Below are positions 58,545 to 64,000 of a DNA stretch of 64,000 nt, piece by piece (within the stretch, counting starts at the first letter, position 1; each line of letters opens with the position of its first letter). Made by a program: the position numbers and the translations under genes. The stretch covers positions 4,576,001-4,640,000 of the forward strand of contig OZ242005.1 of the NCBI GenBank assembly GCA_965204725.1. Direction: 5' to 3'. Under the pieces are notes generated by a model. That model worked only from the letters and a program-made list of their open reading frames with translations. It made no database searches and had not been told where the DNA came from. The stretch is from Candidatus Latescibacterota bacterium (GTDB taxonomy: Bacteria; Latescibacterota; UBA2968; UBA8231).

Positions 58545-60122
58545 CTCGGTGTACGCCATTCCTCGTCTCCTATTCGGTTGCGTCCCAAGCTCGTGCGTCC
58601 GGCGAGGGGCTGTCTGGTGCTGTTGCTGCTGGTGCCTGTTGGGCTTTTGGGGCAAGAGACGCGGCAGGTGACCTTGTACACACCGGATGGCTCGCAGCAG
58701 CGGCTGCTCAGTGCGCCGCTGGAGGTAGATGTGAAGCTACCCATCCCACCCCTTCCCGAGCACGATCCTGTCTCAGAAGTGATCGGCACGGGCACGGGTA
58801 CACGGCGAACAGAGATGGAGGTTGTGGTTAGTGACAGCGCGGGTGGGCAATCGACGATCAGCTATGCGCATGGAAAAATTGGGGCCTTAGCGGCGGACCC
58901 GTCGGGCAATGTGTGGGTGGCGACGTCAGCGGGTCTGAGCCGGTTCGATAGCGGGCAGTGGACGACCTTTACCCAAGCGGATGGCTTGGCGGACGACCAT
59001 ATCCACTCGGTGGTCGTGGATGGTCAGGGTCAGGTGTGGGCTGGGAGTTTGAATGGGCTTTCCCGCTTTGACGGCCAGCGCTGGACCCGCTATCGGTTTG
59101 AAGAGAGATGGGGCCGCGAGATCGCGATAGCACCGAATGGGGATATGTGGTGTACCGGCGGCCAAGATTTCCTTCTAGCACGTTTTGACGGGCAGGCTTG
59201 GTGGACCTACGACCATGCCGATATGGGGATCATCGGACTAGCACGTTTTCACTGGCAGGGTTGGTCGACCTACGACCACGCCAATATGGGGATCATCGAA
59301 AGCGAGGCGAGCTTCGATGACGTCCACGTTACCAACATTGCGGTTGATCGGTCCGGCACACTCTGGGCGGTTCTTGAGTTCTGGAAACACCTAGACTCAG
59401 GGTGGACGAGGAGATGGAACCGCCTGCTCACGTTCAATGGGACACAGTGGACGTCATACCAGTCACGCCTGTTAGACTCCCCCAAGAGGCTCCAGATGAT
59501 CTTCCCGGACAGCCAAGGTCGCGTCTGGTTGGATTGTGCGGCATTGTGTGTCACGGACGGTTCGACGTGGAAGTCCTACTATAACGAGCTCGGGATATTC
59601 TGGAATGTTTTTGAGGTGACAGAGGACGCCGAGGGCCGACTGTGGATCGTGGTAGGGAGCCACTTTGGTATGTTGGAGGGGACCACTTGGACCGGGTTCT
59701 CTTGGGAGGAGTTCCGAGTCGCTCGTGCCCCGGTCTTCGACAGTCGGGGTGATCTGTGGATTCCCTCATACGAGGGCCTGTACCGATGGCACCGTACCGA
59801 TCTACCTACGGCGATTGCATCCTCGTCTATGTCCGGTGCGCCGCATTCGTTCCACCTAGCACAGAATTATCCCAACCCCTTCAATCACGCCACGCACATC
59901 GGCTTTACCCTCCAACAGCCATCGGCGGTATCGCTGCAAGTGTTCAACACCCACGGTCAGTTGGTGGCCACCTTGGTAGAAGGCATGCGGCCGGCGGGGA
60001 CCTATCAGACAGCTTGGGACGGACGCGATGCTCACGGCCAAGTCGTCAGCAGTGGGGTGTATATTGTGCGGCTAGACGCCGAGGGTCGGCAGGCTACTCG
60101 CAAGATGCTGCTGATTCAATAA
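58542..60122 (+). CDS. Secreted beta-propeller (two-component-regulator-propeller repeats) with C-terminal FlgD-Ig/sorting domain
   Basis: DPSGNVWVAT..GLSRFD, DGLADD, DSQGRVW; LAQNYPNPFN...WDGRD..G..VSSGVY...RKMLL. Confidence 0.85.
   Translation: MLGVRHSSSPIRLRPKLVRPARGCLVLLLLVPVGLLGQETRQVTLYTPDGSQQRLLSAPLEVDVKLPIPPLPEHDPVSEVIGTGTGTRRTEMEVVVSDSAGGQSTISYAHGKIGALAADPSGNVWVATSAGLSRFDSGQWTTFTQADGLADDHIHSVVVDGQGQVWAGSLNGLSRFDGQRWTRYRFEERWGREIAIAPNGDMWCTGGQDFLLARFDGQAWWTYDHADMGIIGLARFHWQGWSTYDHANMGIIESEASFDDVHVTNIAVDRSGTLWAVLEFWKHLDSGWTRRWNRLLTFNGTQWTSYQSRLLDSPKRLQMIFPDSQGRVWLDCAALCVTDGSTWKSYYNELGIFWNVFEVTEDAEGRLWIVVGSHFGMLEGTTWTGFSWEEFRVARAPVFDSRGDLWIPSYEGLYRWHRTDLPTAIASSSMSGAPHSFHLAQNYPNPFNHATHIGFTLQQPSAVSLQVFNTHGQLVATLVEGMRPAGTYQTAWDGRDAHGQVVSSGVYIVRLDAEGRQATRKMLLIQ
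59175..59300 (+). repeat. 63-bp in-frame tandem duplication
   Basis: LARFDGQAWWTYDHADMGIIG / LARFHWQGWSTYDHANMGIIE. Confidence 0.85.
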
Positions 60123-60164
60123 AAGGAAGTGCCCTAAGTACGCGGCACCTACTTTGCGTACGCA

Positions 60165-60243
60165 TTTTCTGCTGTTGCCGATGCGTCCGGGACCGAGGAC
60201 AAGATGCCCTCGATCCTTGAAGGCTGGTGTCGTATAGCAAGGG
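60165..60243 (+). repeat. Dispersed REP-like element, copy 3 (first hairpin missing)
   Basis: ttttctgctgttgccgatgcgtccgggaccgaggacaagatgccctcgatcctt...ctggtgtcgtatagcaaggg. Confidence 0.75.
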
Positions 60244-60297
60244 TTTAGCCGCTCGCCGATAGAATGGATTTCTCATCTCTCACGGAGGAGACGTATC

Positions 60298-61107
60298 ATG
60301 AAAATGAAGAAGATTCGCTTGCTCTTGGTAGTGCTGCTCGGCTTGAGCCGGGTGCTGCCAGCCGACGCCACGGACGACGAGGCGTCGGATTACCTGCCGC
60401 TGGCCGTGGGCAATTCGTGGACCTACGGCTACTGGTACTATGACCGAGTCAATGAGTTGGACAGTGTTGAGCGGTATCCCGCGTACTATAAATGGCCGGA
60501 TCGCGATGAATCTATCCAACTCCCCAAGTTCACCATCACGGTGCGGGGCACGGAGGTCATCGATGGTAAGACGTATTACGTGCTCAGTGATATGCCCGCC
60601 AATTGGCCACCGGCCCCCCCGCACTTCATCGCCGGCAAGAAGCTACGCTGGGCGGGTACGCACCTGATGGAACGCACCGCCGATGGCGAGCAGGCCATCT
60701 TTCGCTTTGACGGGGCTACCGACGATTATAGCCCGACCGATTCCCACTATGGAGGATATCTGAATTTCCGCTTTGAGGAATCGAAGGTGTACAGGACCGA
60801 ATACGCCATCCCAACGACGGAGGGAGACAACCGGGTCGAAGTGGAAGCGGGTCTGAAACCGGTACCGTGGTATGTGTTCCAGTTTTATGGCAACGATGTA
60901 GGGGGGCGTATGTGCGTCTTTCTTGCAGGCTACGGTTGCAATCTGTGCGGGTGGGGAGTATTCGGATCCGATGTTTTCTTGTTCTTCAACGAACTGACCC
61001 CTCTCCGAGCGGTTATCGACGGCACTTCGGTGGAATTTGCCGATGCGTTAGTTCCTACGAACATCTCGTCGTCGTCTTGGGGCCAAGTCAAGAAGGAGGT
61101 TCACTGA
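60298..61107 (+). CDS. Secreted protein with YLPLAVGNSWTY N-motif and SWGQVK C-terminal tail
   Basis: GGAGGAG RBS, signal peptide, C-terminus PTNISSSSWGQVKKEVH. Confidence 0.8.
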   Translation: MKMKKIRLLLVVLLGLSRVLPADATDDEASDYLPLAVGNSWTYGYWYYDRVNELDSVERYPAYYKWPDRDESIQLPKFTITVRGTEVIDGKTYYVLSDMPANWPPAPPHFIAGKKLRWAGTHLMERTADGEQAIFRFDGATDDYSPTDSHYGGYLNFRFEESKVYRTEYAIPTTEGDNRVEVEAGLKPVPWYVFQFYGNDVGGRMCVFLAGYGCNLCGWGVFGSDVFLFFNELTPLRAVIDGTSVEFADALVPTNISSSSWGQVKKEVH

Positions 61108-61226
61108 TGTACAATAGATACGTATTGCTCGCTATCCTCTTGATACAGACGCTCGGTGCGTCTGTTGTCGGTGCTCGCGGAGTCGGGCGTATCTTCGTGC
61201 TGACACGACATATCCCTGTACGGTAG
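61107..61226 (+). pseudogene. Signal-peptide-only remnant of a secreted protein gene
   Basis: TGATG-coupled, GGAGG RBS; MYNRYVLLAILLIQTLGASVVGA then a stop at 39 aa. Confidence 0.45.
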
Positions 61227-61263
61227 TTCCACAACCCCCTATCACGAGCACGATCTGCTCAAC

Positions 61264-61399
61264 AGGACGAGTGACGACGGCTAACCAACGAAGCGTAGAA
61301 AAGCCCCTTCTACATTTTAAGCTCCTGTTTTTTTCAATCCTTTAGGGCATTCCTGAAGGATTTTTTTGTGCGTGGTCGGCTCGTTGGGATGCAGATAGC
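61264..61399 (+). promoter_or_regulatory. Upstream module copy B (palindrome + hairpin + GG-N10-GC)
   Basis: GTAGAA-N7-TTCTAC (61295-61313), TTTCAATCCTTTA, hairpin plus T-tract, TGGGATGCAGATAGC (61385-61399). Confidence 0.7.
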
Positions 61400-61568
61400 C
61401 TCTGTTCATTCGTTATATCTCGTTGCATGTTTAGACAAACATATATTCCATCCCCCCTTTGATGGAGGTCGTGTTATGAGTGGAATCATACCCACGGGTT
61501 GGCCGAACTCCAGCCCGAACGGGTGTAGTAGCCTGTGTTTGATTTTGACGGTTCTCGGCAACGCCGAT

Positions 61569-61628
61569 GAACAAACACTTATTCAAACGAACAAAAGTAT
61601 ATTCAAACCAACAAAAGGTTGTTCACGT
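61569..61628. repeat. Three 20-bp tandem operator-like repeats
   Basis: GAACAAACACTTATTCAAAC / GAACAAAAGTATATTCAAAC / CAACAAAAGGTTGTTCACGT. Confidence 0.75.
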
Positions 61629-61651
61629 GACGAGCAACAAAGGCTGAGTGG

Positions 61652-61764
61652 CGAAGCGTAGAAAAATTTCTCCTACATTTCTAACATTCATGTTTTTCAA
61701 TCCTTTAGGGACATTCCTAAAGGATTTTTTTGTGCGTGGTGCGGCCCGTTGGCACACAATATGC
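61652..61764 (+). promoter_or_regulatory. Upstream module copy C with near-consensus sigma-54 promoter
   Basis: GTAGAA-N7-TCCTAC, AATCCTTTAGG-gacatt-CCTAAAGGATT-TTTTT, TGGCAC-acaat-ATGC (61750-61764). Confidence 0.75.
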
Positions 61765-61848
61765 GTATATGCCAGCGGAGTTGAAGCCGAGCGTATTTGA
61801 AAACCTTGTCCTCGTGTACACGGGGGCAGCCTTCAAAGGAGACTTCTA

Positions 61849-63852
61849 ATGAAGAAGAGGATTCGCTTGATCCTGACGATTCTGCTCAGCTTGAGCGGGG
61901 CGTTGCCAGCCGCCGCCACGGACTACGAGACCGCGAACGATCTGCTGCTAGTTTTTCTCCCCTTGGCCCCGACAACCTTGGTCGCGGAACCCGGCGATGG
62001 CGCGGCCATGTTACGCTGGGACTATCCGCACCACGCTATCGATGATTGGCAATATCGACAGAATGCAGGGGACTGGCAGGATATACCCGACGCCGACGAG
62101 TATAGGGTGACGGACCTGACTAATGGGGCCACCTACACCTTTGAGGTGCGGGCACACAACGCCTCCGGGTGGGGTCCGGCCTCGAATACGGCGACGGTGA
62201 CGCTCAACGCCGCGCCGATGATCACGGGCCTCGAAAGGGCCTCTTTTGCTGAAAACGGCCAAGGGCCGGTGACCACCTTCTTGGCCCGCGATGCAGAAGG
62301 CGACCCAATTACGTGGTCGCTGTCGGGGCGGGATGCAGGGGCTTTCACGTTCACCACCGACGTGGAACGCAATACGATGGACCTTTTGTTCCAGTTGGTG
62401 CCCGACTACGAACATCCTTCCGATGTTTCTCCTACTGACAACGACTATCAGGTGACCCTAGTGGCCTCCGACCACGGCCTGCCAGCGCTTTCTACCAACT
62501 ACTTGGTGACAGTGAGGGTGGTAAATGTGGATGATGCCGGTTCGATGCCGGTGATGGCCGAGCCAGAGCGGTCTCGCCACACCTCGCAGGCCGAGTATGT
62601 GGGCCGGGTGATGCGGGCCGTATTCAGGTACTACAAAGGCATTATAGCTTGGGTGTTGCGGGGCGCGGTCAATCACGTGCGCGACGTATTCGGTGCCGGC
62701 AAGCGCACCCAGCGCGATGCGGACGCGCTGGCGCAAGCAAAGGTGCCGGATGCGCCGAAGGTGTCGGTGGACTCGGCTGCGACTCGGGTGGACGTGTCGG
62801 TGTTCAAGCCCGCGTCCAACGGCTCAGCACTGACTGCCTATGAGTACCGTCTGGTCATAGACCGCCTACAGGAAAAGGTAGAGCGGGTGGCCAAGAGGAG
62901 TACGAAGGTGCTGCTGTTGGGCGAGACCGGCGTGGGCAAGGGCTTACTCGCCCGAGTCATCCACCACAAGAGCCTGCGCTGCACGAAAGACTTCATCTCC
63001 GTCAATTGCGGTGCCTTACCCCCCGGCTTGGTCGAAAGCACACTGTTCGGCCACGAGAAAGGGGCCTTTACGAGCGCGGTAAGCCAGCACATCGGCTATT
63101 TTGAACAGGCACACGGCGGCACCTTGTTCCTCGATGAGATCGGCGATTTGCCGCTGGACTCGCAACGGGTGTTGCTCAAAGTCTTGGAGGATCGTTGCCT
63201 GACCCGGGTTGGCGGCAGGAAGTCGATCCCAATAGATGTGCGGATCGTGGCGGCGACCAATCGCGATCTACAACGAGCGATCCGGGAAAAGACGTTCCGG
63301 GACGACCTGTACTATCGCTTGAACGTGTTTCCGTTGAGGTTGCCACCGTTGCGGGATCACCAGGAGGATATTCCGCTGTTGGCGGATTATTTTTTGCGCT
63401 GGTATGCCAAGGAGCAACAGCAGTCAGTGCTGACGTTGAGCGACGAGGCACTGGCATACTTGCAGGGGTATGCTTGGCCGGGGAATGTGCGCGAGTTGGA
63501 TCACTGGATTCAGCGGGCGTTAATCATGTGCGATGGGGAGCGCATTGAGGTGGCGGATGTGTTGACGGCAGAAGCCATGGAAGCGGAGTTGTCGTCTTCG
63601 GCGGCTACTTTGCCGGTTGCACCGGAGGCTGAAGGCGCGGGAGCGATGCAGCCGGTTGATGAGAAGCAGCGAATTGCTGAGGCCCTTCGGCTCACCAATT
63701 GGGTGGTCTCTGGAAACCGGGGAGCGGGGCGCTTGTTGGGTATGAGCGCGCAGACGCTGAGGTATCGGATGCGCAAGTATGGGATACAACGGCCGAAGGA
63801 AGAGCTTGGGCCGGAGGATTGGGAAAGGTTGTCTCGACAAGCGATTACATGA
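61849..63852 (+). CDS. Chimeric ORF: signal peptide + Fn3 + cadherin-like + partial Fn3 fused to sigma-54 activator AAA+ and Fis-type HTH
   Basis: LTNGATYTFEVRAHN; DAEGD..PDYE..VTVRVVNVDD; GETGVGK, ESTLFGHEKGAFTSA, LFLDEIG, WPGNVREL, TLRYRMRKYGI. Confidence 0.8.
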   Translation: MKKRIRLILTILLSLSGALPAAATDYETANDLLLVFLPLAPTTLVAEPGDGAAMLRWDYPHHAIDDWQYRQNAGDWQDIPDADEYRVTDLTNGATYTFEVRAHNASGWGPASNTATVTLNAAPMITGLERASFAENGQGPVTTFLARDAEGDPITWSLSGRDAGAFTFTTDVERNTMDLLFQLVPDYEHPSDVSPTDNDYQVTLVASDHGLPALSTNYLVTVRVVNVDDAGSMPVMAEPERSRHTSQAEYVGRVMRAVFRYYKGIIAWVLRGAVNHVRDVFGAGKRTQRDADALAQAKVPDAPKVSVDSAATRVDVSVFKPASNGSALTAYEYRLVIDRLQEKVERVAKRSTKVLLLGETGVGKGLLARVIHHKSLRCTKDFISVNCGALPPGLVESTLFGHEKGAFTSAVSQHIGYFEQAHGGTLFLDEIGDLPLDSQRVLLKVLEDRCLTRVGGRKSIPIDVRIVAATNRDLQRAIREKTFRDDLYYRLNVFPLRLPPLRDHQEDIPLLADYFLRWYAKEQQQSVLTLSDEALAYLQGYAWPGNVRELDHWIQRALIMCDGERIEVADVLTAEAMEAELSSSAATLPVAPEAEGAGAMQPVDEKQRIAEALRLTNWVVSGNRGAGRLLGMSAQTLRYRMRKYGIQRPKEELGPEDWERLSRQAIT

Positions 63853-63923
63853 CCTAGACAGTGCGCGGGATATTGTTGAGCAGTATCCCGCGTACTAACT
63901 AAATGATCGACCCGCGAATCTAT

Positions 63924-64000
63924 AGGACGAGTGACGACGGCTAACCAACGAAGCGTAGAAAAGCCCCTTCTACATTTTAAGTTCATGTTTTTCAATCCTT
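63924..64000 (+). repeat. Upstream module copy D (cut by window end)
   Basis: AGGACGAGTGACGACGGCTAACCAACGAAGCGTAGAAAAGCCCCTTCTACATTTTAAG identical to copy B at 61264. Confidence 0.9.

Noticed and set aside
61476-61661. ORF MSGIIPTGW... after module B as a functional protein
   Set aside because: Has a good RBS but runs through the 20-bp repeat array into module C; more likely a 5' remnant of a deleted gene.
1-64000. tRNA, rRNA, integrase, transposase or prophage genes
   Set aside because: None recognised by eye; a tRNAscan/Rfam/ISfinder run would be needed to exclude small RNAs formally.

Overview
GC-rich bacterial chromosomal segment. Gene style (a FlgD-type 'LAQNYPNPFN' C-terminal domain, a 'SWGQVK' tail, Fn3/cadherin proteins, two PhyH dioxygenases, paralogous ATPases) suggests an FCB-group lineage such as Ca. 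Latescibacterota, possibly host-associated; this is inference only. Housekeeping genes include purN, hflX, a gluconokinase, a 9-gene Mrp antiporter operon, serS, folD, lgt and folA. Accessory blocks: (i) a Bacteroidota-like TonB receptor/DUF4374/PepSY iron-uptake trio (8.5-13.4 kb); (ii) a translationally coupled beta-flower/GYP-repeat + HEPN gene pair behind a LysR remnant (25.5-26.7 kb); (iii) a defence-type cluster (29-44 kb) with two mosaic tandem ATPases, two Fic proteins, a Dsr1-like sirtuin, an MmeI-like enzyme lacking its nuclease domain and an AAA ATPase; (iv) an ElbD-like multidomain lipid enzyme next to a lipid kinase and an MCE transport operon (47-57.6 kb); (v) a terminal region (58.5-64 kb) where secreted-protein genes are punctuated by four copies of a non-coding module resembling enhancer + IHF site/hairpin + sigma-54 promoter, with a chimeric adhesin/sigma-54 activator ORF. 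There is also a three-copy REP-like element and three precisely periodic (20- or 40-bp) operator-like arrays. No tRNA, rRNA, CRISPR-cas, integrase or transposase was recognised. All calls come from motif reading by eye; no searches were run.
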